Below, piece after piece: positions 29,859-39,502 of a DNA stretch of 40,166 nt. The translations under genes and the position numbers were made by a program. The notes under the pieces were generated by a model, which made no database searches, had not been told where the DNA came from, and saw only the letters and a list, made by a program, of their open reading frames with translations. The first letter of the stretch is position 1. Every line of letters starts with the position of its first letter. The stretch is from Malassezia furfur (Eukaryota): assembly GCA_052055015.1 (NCBI GenBank), contig JBQJIT010000054.1. One strand, given 5' to 3'.

Positions 29859-31007
29859 ATGCTAACCCTTTGGTTTATACTGTTTGCCTGTGTTGTTTTT
29901 GCACATGTAGACACATCTCAAACAGCATTCTATTCTTCTGACAATACATACCTAGAGGAAGCGTCCGGCCACGCCTTAAAAAAGGACCCTACATACGGTC
30001 CCATTTATGCTGGTATTGCATCCTTCGGCTTTGTCCCTACGGTTGATTGCTTCACGACCCTAACACCATTTGATATTGGTTTCCTAGGCCTTCCGATTGA
30101 TACAGCAACGACTTATCGGCCAGGGGCACGTTTTGGCCCCAATGGCATCCGGCAAGGGTCGAGAAGACTAAGGATCCTTGGCGGGTACAATGTTCCTATG
30201 GATGTGAACCCTTTCTTTGATTGGGCCAAGGTGGTGGATTGTGGTGACGTACTGGCTACGCCATATGATACAGCACTCGCTTTACGTCAAATTGAAGACG
30301 GACACAAAAAGGCGCTTCACCGAAGTGCAGCAACTCCTTCACAACAGTCCAGCTCTCAAGGTCGTAATACACACCCTAGGATCATCTCAATGGGTGGTGA
30401 CCATTCAGTAACACTGCCCATCCTTCGTTCCATGGCAAGTGTGCATGGTCCGCTGAGTGTGATTCATTTTGACAGCCATCTTGACACCTGGAAGCCTAAA
30501 GGAAGCAAAGGCGAAGATTCTGCAACAGCTGCACTAAATCATGGAACTTATTTCTACCATGCGTCGAAAGAGGGTCTGATCCGTAACGGTACATCAATCC
30601 ATGCTGGGATTAGGACAACCCTATATGACATCGACGATTACAAGAATGATGCTGACTGCGGCTTCAAGCTTATTGAAGCTTGGGAAATTGATACACTTGG
30701 CGTCAAGGGGATTATCGATGCTATCAAAGAAACAGTTAAAGATACACCCACTTACTTGTCGATTGATATCGACGTCATCGACCCATCTGCAGCCCCAGCA
30801 ACAGGCACACCTGAGACGGGAGGATGGACAACTCGAGAGCTCCGTACTATTGTGCGCGGTTTGAAAGGCATAAACCTAGTTGGCGCTGATCTTGTCGAGG
30901 TTGCCCCTGCCTATGACACTGCGGCTGAGATCACACAAATTGCAGCAGCGGATGTTCTGTTCGAAGTCCTTAGTCTGATGGTTAAAAAAGGGCCGTTAAC
31001 TTCGTAG
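29859..31007 (+). CDS. Ureohydrolase (agmatinase/guanidinobutyrase-like) with a predicted signal peptide
   Basis: RPGARFGP..IR.GS, GGDHS, HFDSHLD, NHGT, YLSIDIDVIDP, APATGTPETGG, DLVEVAPAYD. Hydrophobic N-terminus MLTLWFILFACVVFA. Confidence 0.92.
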   Translation: MLTLWFILFACVVFAHVDTSQTAFYSSDNTYLEEASGHALKKDPTYGPIYAGIASFGFVPTVDCFTTLTPFDIGFLGLPIDTATTYRPGARFGPNGIRQGSRRLRILGGYNVPMDVNPFFDWAKVVDCGDVLATPYDTALALRQIEDGHKKALHRSAATPSQQSSSQGRNTHPRIISMGGDHSVTLPILRSMASVHGPLSVIHFDSHLDTWKPKGSKGEDSATAALNHGTYFYHASKEGLIRNGTSIHAGIRTTLYDIDDYKNDADCGFKLIEAWEIDTLGVKGIIDAIKETVKDTPTYLSIDIDVIDPSAAPATGTPETGGWTTRELRTIVRGLKGINLVGADLVEVAPAYDTAAEITQIAAADVLFEVLSLMVKKGPLTS

Positions 31008-31060
31008 CTCAATTGAAATACAAATTGCTGTATCTTGCCACACCTTGATAGTAGTACAAA

Positions 31061-32677
31061 CTATTGCGAATCAAAAACAAAATCGGAAAGTTCCACTTCG
31101 GGCTTGCTCTTATCCTTGTCGATGACGTCCATCCCTGTTTGTTCCGTTGGTTCCACATAATCCGGGTCAACTTCATGAATAGGTCCTTTGAACCAGTGCC
31201 TAGCCGAAACAACCCATGCAAAGGAGGCCCCAAGGAACACCACGCCCAAAATCAGCACTGCCCAGTTCATTACTGATACGTCGGGATTGGGATTGGCAGG
31301 AAACAAGAGAATCACAACAATGAAAGCAACATATAGGCAGGAAATTGTACCAAGGGGCACAGCGGCAAATCCAAGCTTCCAAGGTCCGGGTTTAAAAGTT
31401 TTTCGCCCTGACGTGATGCGTAGAAAGATCGGCACAATGTAGCTGATGTATAATCCAATGACAGATGTTCCGGCCAAGGCTGTCAGTGCCGTAGACTGAA
31501 GCATAAGAAGACCAACAATGGCAGCGAGAGCGACCATAGTCCAGGTAGCATTCAAGGGCGTTGACGTGTATTTATTCATTGTGGAAAGTTGCCGGGAGAA
31601 GGGAACGGCACCATCGCGGGCGAACGCGTAGAGGGCTCTTGCAGCGTCTAATGTCTGCGCTGTTCCAGATGTAAACTGCACAAAGATTGTAATGGACCAC
31701 ATTGCGAGGAATCCATGCTTTCCCATAATGTCGTATTACAGCATGGCTGCGGGGAGTTTTAAATTGGTCGAAAGAAGCCTTGCTGGGTCTGGCATCACGA
31801 ATGAATGAACGATGCTGAGAATGAATCCTGAAATGGCTGTGCCCATAACGGCAGAAAGCATTGCAATAGGGCCTGCATGTGCAGCGTTTGTCGTCTCTTC
31901 TGCAACATGAGCCACAGAATCATAGCCGGTCAGTGTCCACATGCCTGCCGTCAACGAGAGGATCCAGACAATTCCTTTGTTGCTCCACTCGCTGTTGTTC
32001 TCGAATTGTGTGAAAGCGACTGATGCAGATGTCTTGGGTCCCAGCACTGCTAGGATAATGATCAGAGCAATCACGCCACCAATGTTGACGGCCATATAAA
32101 AATAATTCAGCCTAGCCATAATCCTGGTGGAGCATGAACAAACAAAACCGTTTCCAAGCAGAACAGCGAGCACAATTCCGTAGAGCGTCCCAGAGCCGTA
32201 ATATACTTTGAAGTCAGAAGCCACAGTCACAGCATCGGAAATCTCATCGGAGACAGCGGAGAAGATTGAGCAAATAAGTGCCACTTGGCCCACTAAATTA
32301 GCCCAACCTGTGATCCATGCCGCCAATGCCGACCATTTCCGAGGCGCGAGATGTGCAGACCAGTAGTAAATACCGCCCACAGTTGGCATAGCACTGCAGA
32401 GTTCGGCTAGAGAGAGTGAGACACATATTGCAAAGCAGGATGCTGTAAACCAGCCCCATACAATACCAATGTTTCCACCATATGTGATCGGAAACGTTAA
32501 TGTAGTAGAGAAAGAGCCCAGAATAGCCATGATCGAGAAGCAGAATGCCATGGTACTCCAAAGGTTCATCTCTCGTTTAAAATGTTGCTTGTATCCGAGA
32601 TGTGCCAGCACATCTTCGTCTTTGTTGGCCGGGTGTCCCCCGCCCTCTAACGTTGCAATGCTTTCAGCCACCGTCAT
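31061..32677 (-). pseudogene. APC-family amino acid/GABA/polyamine permease (Uga4/Hnm1/Tpo5-like) interrupted by an in-frame TAA
   Basis: LGYKQHFKR, SLAELCSAMPTVGGIYYW, WITGW, WTLTGYDSVAHVAEET, R.LYAFARDGAVPFS. The two track ORFs share one frame: ...AAML*YDIMGKHG, with TAA at 31738-31736. Confidence 0.75.
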
Positions 32678-33072
32678 GGTGTTCGTTCGAAAACGCAATT
32701 GTTGTATGCCTATCGAAGTACTTATCCGTGCATTATCATCGCCTTTTGAATCAAGATTGCCGCGCGCTTTGAGATAACCGAATCTCTGTACTCCGCACTG
32801 GCCTCAAACATGGTTACGTAAGTCAGATGCGGCTTGGGAGACAAAGTAGTTGGGATTGAAGCACGGCTATGATAGCGTATCAGGCTCGGCACTAGCTCGA
32901 CGCATCGCCATGCCCAAAGCTCCTCGCCTTTTTTTAACTCGTGACCATGTAATTTTCTGTACCTCACTATCAGAAAGTTTTAGACGTGCTTTAGTTTGCC
33001 GCCAACTTGGCAAGCGAAACCAGGTATCTTGTCTGTTCTTATAACCCGAGCTGAAACCTTTGAATCCATACT

Positions 33073-34002
33073 TTATGCGACGCTGTCGTTCTTCTGCTCG
33101 AACCACTGCTTCCGCCCCCTCTCGGTCCAAGGGAAGTAAATGACAGGAATAAGCAAGAACGAGTTCGACTCGTCGGCAAGACCGGCGTAGGCATTGTACC
33201 ATGCCACAAACGCCGTTACAATGCCAAAGGAGCCACCCGCACGAAGACATCCCGTGTGCGGCGCTGTTCCATCGTTCCGAATGTAAGCAATGCCCAGAAG
33301 CAGGAACGTCCAGTCCAGAAGGAAAAAGAGTAGACAGAATGCGACGGTCGACTTCAGTGTGCAGAGAAGAAGAATAAATGTGAAGATGAACCAGCCAAAG
33401 AGGTACAAGCCAATGTTGTCAAGAAGGCCACGAGCACCCTCGGTCCTCTCGAGTGTCGATTCAATACCAAAGCCACCCGGCGTAAGCAGGATAGCAAACG
33501 AGATCCAAAAGCCGCCGTACGAGGACAATGCAGTCGCACCGAACGTATTCCCAATGGCCATTTCCCACATTCCCGCGAGAAGCTGAACCAGTCCACCATA
33601 GGCAAAACCAAGCGAGATGATGATCGAAGAGTTGGAGAGGTTAAGCGTACCCATGTTGATCAACGAAAGCACAAACGTCGTCAACGCGAAAGCGGAGAGA
33701 CCAAGTGGAGCAGGATTGGCAAACTTGCGTTCTTCCACACCCTTGTACAGACCGGGCTGCATTTCACCACCGAAGGCCGGAAGCATCTTGGCACGCTCGG
33801 CTGGGGAGGTGTATGCAAGCGGTCCATAGCCGAAGCGCGCCGCGCGAATGGCAGTTTGGCGCTCTTCATGAGACATATGGCGCGTCAGGGGGTGGTCGTC
33901 CGCAACGGCTGGCATGGCCGTAGTTCCAATGTGAACTGTGTCTCCAGACTTTTGGTCGGCACCTTGAGGCGATTGCCAGGTAGTGTTGGTTGCCTCAGAC
34001 AT
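33073..34002 (-). CDS. GPR1/FUN34/YaaH (Ady2/Ato) acetate/ammonium transporter
   Basis: AFGGEMQPG, FANPAPLGLSAFALTTFVLS, YGGLVQLLAGMWE, NTFGATALSSYGGFW. Confidence 0.93.
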   Translation of the reverse strand: MSEATNTTWQSPQGADQKSGDTVHIGTTAMPAVADDHPLTRHMSHEERQTAIRAARFGYGPLAYTSPAERAKMLPAFGGEMQPGLYKGVEERKFANPAPLGLSAFALTTFVLSLINMGTLNLSNSSIIISLGFAYGGLVQLLAGMWEMAIGNTFGATALSSYGGFWISFAILLTPGGFGIESTLERTEGARGLLDNIGLYLFGWFIFTFILLLCTLKSTVAFCLLFFLLDWTFLLLGIAYIRNDGTAPHTGCLRAGGSFGIVTAFVAWYNAYAGLADESNSFLLIPVIYFPWTERGRKQWFEQKNDSVA

Positions 34003-34902
34003 GGAGGAAGGCTTGCATTGCTAGGTGCAGTCGCGTCCTTTTTAAAGCCTGTCAAATGAAAATGCGGGGTTCCGCATATTTTTTTGCATGCATGGGGCCT
34101 GGGGTAAGCGAGGGGCACGAATCTGGCGTTGTGACGTCGGCCTCCACAACCCCACTTGCTAGCCGTGGCCAATCAAAACAGACGAATTACGCCCGAGCCT
34201 ATCGGAGACGTGCTCGGTGCATTCACGAGCCCGACGCAGGTCAACGGACGCCATCCCCAGTCTAGCCGCAGCAGCCTTCTCATGCTGGGCAGCCTATGTC
34301 GATCTCCTCTGAATAAGCGCAATGACCAGAGACAGACATGACTAAAAGGCTTCTTAGGCCAAGATGTCTTCCCCAAGACATGGTGGTGTGGGTCTAGTGA
34401 CCAAGTTTATTTGGGTGGTTGAGTGCCAAGACAAGATAGTGGTAGCGCCCAACTCGCCAAGGCGCAGCTACACACTGTCACATGTGCATCCTTACAAACG
34501 TATCTAACTTTGCACGATCTTCATTTGTGGGTCTATTAAGACTCGGGACTACCCGCATATGTATGTGGGGAACCTGTCCTTGTTTCAAGAGTGCCATCCA
34601 TGGGTTCGAATGTACTTGTCGACTAAAAGAAAAAACGAAATGGAGTCTGTGCTTAGGAAAGTCGACCTTGGCTTAATTGCCATGTCCGAGAGTATAATTC
34701 CCATTACGGCGACATTGCCGAAGCAGGTTAAATTTTCCTAGTCACCTGTTGATGTGATTGCTAAGCATTCTATTCCATCTCCAAGCGTGCCGCAACAAGT
34801 CAATTCTTGGTAAAAACTGTGAATATCTAAACGAATAGCACCTGGATTCTCTGGTACCAGCCGCTTTATATGTCTTGCGTAAAGATAAAAAGGTGAGCTT
34901 CA

Positions 34903-36567
34903 ATGTCCGAGTTTTTCCACGACACTGCGTTTGGAGATCTTGTGCATTTTGTCTCAAGAGGACGTTGCTTCAGATCCCACACAGAGAAGGCTGATATCTC
35001 CGATTTTAAGCACTACTTTACTACGGATGAGAATACAGGAGAAATATTGGTTGGATGGTATGGCGATGATGACCCCGAAAACCCATACAACTGGTCGTTT
35101 GCGTATAAGCTTTACGTGACATGGTTGATGTTTCTCATGACGATGACTGTATATATGGGGAGCAGCATTGTTTCGCCAGCAATCCCACAAATGGCCGAGT
35201 ACTTCCACGTTTCGGAAGTTGTCACGGCCCTTTCTCTATCGTTGTTCGTTTGTGGATACGGAGTTGGGCCATGCCTTCTTTCCCCCATCACTGAAATATC
35301 GTGGGTGGGCCGCAATGGGCCTTACATTTTCGGTCTCGGTCTTTTCAGCGTGCTCCAGATCCCTAATGCGCTGGTCGACAACATTGCAGGCTACATGATT
35401 CTTCGCTTTATTTCTGGCTTTCTCGGCGGACCTGTCCTGACAACCGGTGGCGCAAGTATTGGCGACATGTGGCGCATAGAAGGTGGCTTCATGAACGCGC
35501 TTGCATTCTGGGACCTTGGTGCTTGTGGTGGACCTACATTGGGTCCTATTGTATCCAGTTATGCCGTTCAAGAACTGGGATGGCGCTGGTCAATTTGGCC
35601 GTTGCTTTGCATGAATGGGATTACGTGGCTTGTTCTGTTCTTCACCCTCCCTGAAACAAGCGGCGAAACTATCTTGACACGGCGAGCCCGTCAGATTCGG
35701 AAAAAGACAGGTTCTGACAAGTACCGATCGCGGGGCGAACTGAAGGATCGACGTTTCAGAGTTTCTGACTTAGTCGTTGAGACCCTATATCGTCCCTTTG
35801 AGCTCACGTTCACGGAACCTGTGCTTCTTTGTACCAATATCTACCTCGCGTACATTTATGGGATTATGTATTGCTTCTTTGAAGCATTCCCCCTGACATT
35901 CCAGGGCAAACATGGCTTTTCTTTGGGCGCTTTGGGCATCGCTTATGTGGGAGGTTACATTGGCTGCGTCATTGTATTCCTCGGGTACTGCGTTTACAAC
36001 CAGAAGGTTGTCTTACCGCGCTTTAAAGCGGGGAAGTGGAGGCCTGAATATCGCATGGAACCTGGTTTCGTTGGTGGTTTGCTTTTCCCGACATCTGTGT
36101 TCTGGTTTGGATGGACTACATTCACCTCAGTGCATTGGATTTCACCATTGCTTGCCTATGCTGTGTTCATGGGCAGCACTTACTTGATCTTTCAGGCATT
36201 TTATGCGTATCTGGGTGAAAACTTTCCCCGGTTTTTGGCGTCTGCCTATACTAGCAACGGATTATTCCGCTCTGGATTTGGTGGCGCTTTTCCCTTGTTT
36301 TCCACTGCGATGTTTAATCGTCTCACATTGCAGGGGGGTTGCAGCTTGCTAGGCGGTCTTGCCGCACTTATGATACCAATCACCGTCGCATTCTACATCT
36401 TTGGCGATAAACTCCGGGCCATGTCCAAGCGTACGGGCGAGGAACCACCAGAGGTGAAAGCTGTCATTGACCCGAACGACCCCACGACTAAGGAGGAACT
36501 CGATGGTCCCTGTACAGACTGGGGTCAAAGCCACGTAGAGGACGAAGAAAAAGGGCGTCAAGCCTAG
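34903..36567 (+). CDS. MFS drug:H+ antiporter, DHA1 family (Flr1/Mdr1-like)
   Basis: WYGDDDPENPYNWS, SPITEISWVGR, GPTLGP, LGWRW, LPETS, EP..L, FEAFP, PEYRM. Confidence 0.92.
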   Translation: MSEFFHDTAFGDLVHFVSRGRCFRSHTEKADISDFKHYFTTDENTGEILVGWYGDDDPENPYNWSFAYKLYVTWLMFLMTMTVYMGSSIVSPAIPQMAEYFHVSEVVTALSLSLFVCGYGVGPCLLSPITEISWVGRNGPYIFGLGLFSVLQIPNALVDNIAGYMILRFISGFLGGPVLTTGGASIGDMWRIEGGFMNALAFWDLGACGGPTLGPIVSSYAVQELGWRWSIWPLLCMNGITWLVLFFTLPETSGETILTRRARQIRKKTGSDKYRSRGELKDRRFRVSDLVVETLYRPFELTFTEPVLLCTNIYLAYIYGIMYCFFEAFPLTFQGKHGFSLGALGIAYVGGYIGCVIVFLGYCVYNQKVVLPRFKAGKWRPEYRMEPGFVGGLLFPTSVFWFGWTTFTSVHWISPLLAYAVFMGSTYLIFQAFYAYLGENFPRFLASAYTSNGLFRSGFGGAFPLFSTAMFNRLTLQGGCSLLGGLAALMIPITVAFYIFGDKLRAMSKRTGEEPPEVKAVIDPNDPTTKEELDGPCTDWGQSHVEDEEKGRQA

Positions 36568-36764
36568 CCTTTCATTGAGTTATATCCATAAACCCCAGTT
36601 GCTTGGCACAGCTATGTCCAGAGTTAGAGATGAGATGCATAAAATTCTGAAGGTACATTTGCAATGATAGTTAAGTCTTTCACAATAATCTTTCGTTAAT
36701 CGTCTGTCGGAGTACCGGCGAGGTATTATATGAATAGAAAGTTAAAGACTTGCGGTATTGACAA

Positions 36765-37967
36765 CTAAGAGGAGTTGGGGTGGAATCCATGCGGCTCCTG
36801 GCTAATCGACACAGGCTTATAGTGTGCAGAGGGTTTCGTCTTGATCTGCGTGCCAGTTGGCAGCGACTGGTAGTTGAGGTTGCCAGAAGTATATTCGGAG
36901 AAGTTGGGGTACGTAATGTTTTCCTTGTAAGGATGCCGCACATTCAAGCAAGCACTCAGAGGAGAAACATGCTGGTATGCTTTCTTGATCTCAGGGTACA
37001 TCTTCATGAATTCGTTCATCGTATGAGAGGAGAGCTCGTGGGTCAGCACGACGGGGGATTCCGAGCCTGCCTTGTTGATGATCTTGCGGTAATTCCCGTC
37101 AATCGTGGCCACCGAGTCACTTCCATCGGGCTGGATGTTCCAGTCGTTCGTGTCCTCCTTCCAAAGGATTGTGCGCATGCCGAGTGCCGAAGCAATGTAG
37201 CGCACACGGTCATCCACGTCGCCTTGAGGGGGCCGCCAGCACAGCGGCGTCACACCAACGACTTTCTTGATCACCTTCCCAGCATAGTAAAGCTCAGCAA
37301 ACACTTGCTCGTTCGTGAGCGTAGTCATCAGCCGATGCGACCAGGTGTGATGGCAGATATCATGCCCGTCCACAAGACCCCGCTGAGCTTGGTAGGGGTT
37401 GTTGAGCACATTGGAACCAATATAGAACAAAGTCGCACGGACCTTCTCACTTTGCAAAAAGTTGTAAAGCTTGTTGTGCGCACAGTACGGTCCGTCGTCA
37501 AACGTAAGACCCCAGGTACTTTGTTCCTTGCACTGTGTAATGTCTGGGAGGATGTTGGGGTGCTTGGGCTTGTGACATCCCGTCCAAGACCACCAACAGT
37601 CGGGGTCCGACGATGGGTAGTTGTTCGTCCCAAAGCTTGTGTGATCAGAAGATGCTTGGCGCACATCAATGTTGGGAATGCCGTCCTTGATCTCGTTGTA
37701 CAATGCTCTGGCTTCTTGGTCATTGTCAAGGATACTAGCAATCTGATCGGGCGTGGGGAATTCGTTCTGTTGTTTCATCTGTGTCACCCCTTGGTCTTCA
37801 TAATAGGCACATTGCTGTTTAGCGCTTTTTACTTGTGCGAGATCGGCTGCGTTGGATGGAGTTGCCCGTCGGGCTACCACGACCCTGTGGTCGTGATGAG
37901 GAAGCCGCAAGATCGTGGCGGATGCGCCGGCTGCAAAAACTAGAACGCTAACTTTTGGAAGCAGCAT
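36765..37967 (-). CDS. Secreted chitin/polysaccharide deacetylase (CE4)
   Basis: Signal peptide, PDCWWSWTGC, WGLTFDDGP, HTWSH, WRPPQGDVDDRVR, DTNDW, VLTHE. Confidence 0.92.
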   Translation of the reverse strand: MLLPKVSVLVFAAGASATILRLPHHDHRVVVARRATPSNAADLAQVKSAKQQCAYYEDQGVTQMKQQNEFPTPDQIASILDNDQEARALYNEIKDGIPNIDVRQASSDHTSFGTNNYPSSDPDCWWSWTGCHKPKHPNILPDITQCKEQSTWGLTFDDGPYCAHNKLYNFLQSEKVRATLFYIGSNVLNNPYQAQRGLVDGHDICHHTWSHRLMTTLTNEQVFAELYYAGKVIKKVVGVTPLCWRPPQGDVDDRVRYIASALGMRTILWKEDTNDWNIQPDGSDSVATIDGNYRKIINKAGSESPVVLTHELSSHTMNEFMKMYPEIKKAYQHVSPLSACLNVRHPYKENITYPNFSEYTSGNLNYQSLPTGTQIKTKPSAHYKPVSISQEPHGFHPNSS

Positions 37968-38311
37968 AGTTCAATGCGACCAGGTATAGGGAAAGAGTCT
38001 GTCTTCCCGGTGTTTTATAAGAAGAGTTTGCCCTGTAACTGGTAGCATCTTAATGCAAGGTAGAAGTTCATTGTCTCCTTGGCACCTGGATAGAACATTT
38101 TCGACATGTGGAGGTACGCTCGTTACTACCGCGTTAGCCCAGAGTCGTCCATGTAAACCCTGCCTATGCCGCCTATCGATAGTTTGGGCAGTTCATGTGT
38201 GATAAAAAAATATATCTGTAGTACTCAAAGCCGTTGAGAAGAGATCTAATATGTTGATGCGCCCTCAAAAGATATGTGACTAAGTTTAACTCTGTCCGCC
38301 AGCGGCCTTAT

Positions 38312-39118
38312 TTACACAGGCCAATTTCTTTGTAGGTGTCGAACCATGTCAGCACTGATGTCAAGGTCCAATGATTTTAAGACTTGATCAATATTTGCCG
38401 CCTGGACATCCTCGCAATCGTCTTCCTTTCCGGGACTCACGGTATAAAGCTTGTTTCCAACCAGTTTGCGCAGCACGCCTCCTTTGATTCGTATGACAAC
38501 CGGTCGGCCAAAGAACGGCGATTTAGGAAACGTAGCAGTATAATGATTTAAGACAACAAAATCGACCTTTCGGACCGGAAGCTCACTCCATTCGTGCTGG
38601 GCAACCCAGTGGTCCGAGTCCCTCTTTTCCAGGCGCCAGAAAGGGCCATTGCGCATAATTCTATGCGGGAATCCGAGTTGTTCAACCATTGCCCCGGATC
38701 TAACGGGCATAGGATGTAGAATTCCCCCGCCAAAACCGACATCTGCCATCCATTTTCCGTCGTGGTCCTCTGTAACCACTTCAACTAGGACATGGGTGGT
38801 TGTTCCAGGTTTGTCCGGAAAAACACGGGAGATCCGTCGCTCAATTTTGTATCCAATCCTTTCCAGTGCCGCAGAAAACAGCATGATATGCTCAAAACAG
38901 TATCCTCCACGACGTTGGTATACGATCTTATTTTGTACGTCCTTCATGTCAAGGGACGGTTCAACGCCACATGCTGGGTCTAGATTCTCGAAAGGAATGT
39001 TTAGAACGTGAGATTTGCACAAGGACAAAAGATTGGCTGTAGTGGCACCCTCGATTGGAGGATGGTTAATACGTCGCAAGTATGCGCTCAGATCAAGCTC
39101 ATTAACCTCCCATTCCAT
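38312..39118 (-). CDS. Arylamine N-acetyltransferase (NAT)
   Basis: LDLSAYLRRI, IPFENLD, RRGGYCFE (catalytic Cys), THV (His), WMADVGFG (Asp). First ATG at 39118; the track start is TTG. Confidence 0.92.
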   Translation of the reverse strand: MEWEVNELDLSAYLRRINHPPIEGATTANLLSLCKSHVLNIPFENLDPACGVEPSLDMKDVQNKIVYQRRGGYCFEHIMLFSAALERIGYKIERRISRVFPDKPGTTTHVLVEVVTEDHDGKWMADVGFGGGILHPMPVRSGAMVEQLGFPHRIMRNGPFWRLEKRDSDHWVAQHEWSELPVRKVDFVVLNHYTATFPKSPFFGRPVVIRIKGGVLRKLVGNKLYTVSPGKEDDCEDVQAANIDQVLKSLDLDISADMVRHLQRNWPV

Positions 39119-39502
39119 ACCGGTAATGTCCAAGCGGAGATGAAGGCTCGGCCGACCTTCTATCAGTATTGATGGTCCGTGCGCGGTGATCGGTCACATA
39201 TCCACTGGCTCGTGCGTCCGGACTCGAAGACGCTTCAGCAATACGAGATCGACTGGGCGAAATTCTGCATGGTTTATATGTCCATAAAAATGAAGAACGA
39301 GGTAGTGCATCAGTGTACAAGTTCTTAAACGTTTCACAAAACTTACAAGCCGTCTGACTAGCACAGTGCACGAGCCAACTTCCTTCGGCGAATTCTCCGA
39401 CTGGCTGCGTGCGTCACATCCAGACCTACAGAAATCCATATCATATCCGTTTACAACCAGGTAGCTATATTGTAGTATTAACTTAGCGATGTGATCGAAC
39501 TT

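Noticed and set aside
20231..31738. Alternative genetic code (stop-codon reassignment) as the cause of the in-frame stops
   Set aside because: All three stop types occur once each as internal stops, and all three are used as normal terminators by other genes in the window.
31718..31739. 22-nt GT...AG segment that could splice out the TAA in the APC permease
   Set aside because: Removing 22 nt would shift the frame. The segment has no branch-like motif and encodes plausible conserved residues (YDIMGK).
34003..34902. Longest intergenic stretch (900 bp) with several small ORFs, as a hidden gene or ncRNA
   Set aside because: No recognisable motifs, consistent splice structure or tRNA-like fold. 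It is adequately explained as the divergent promoter of the ATO and DHA1 genes.
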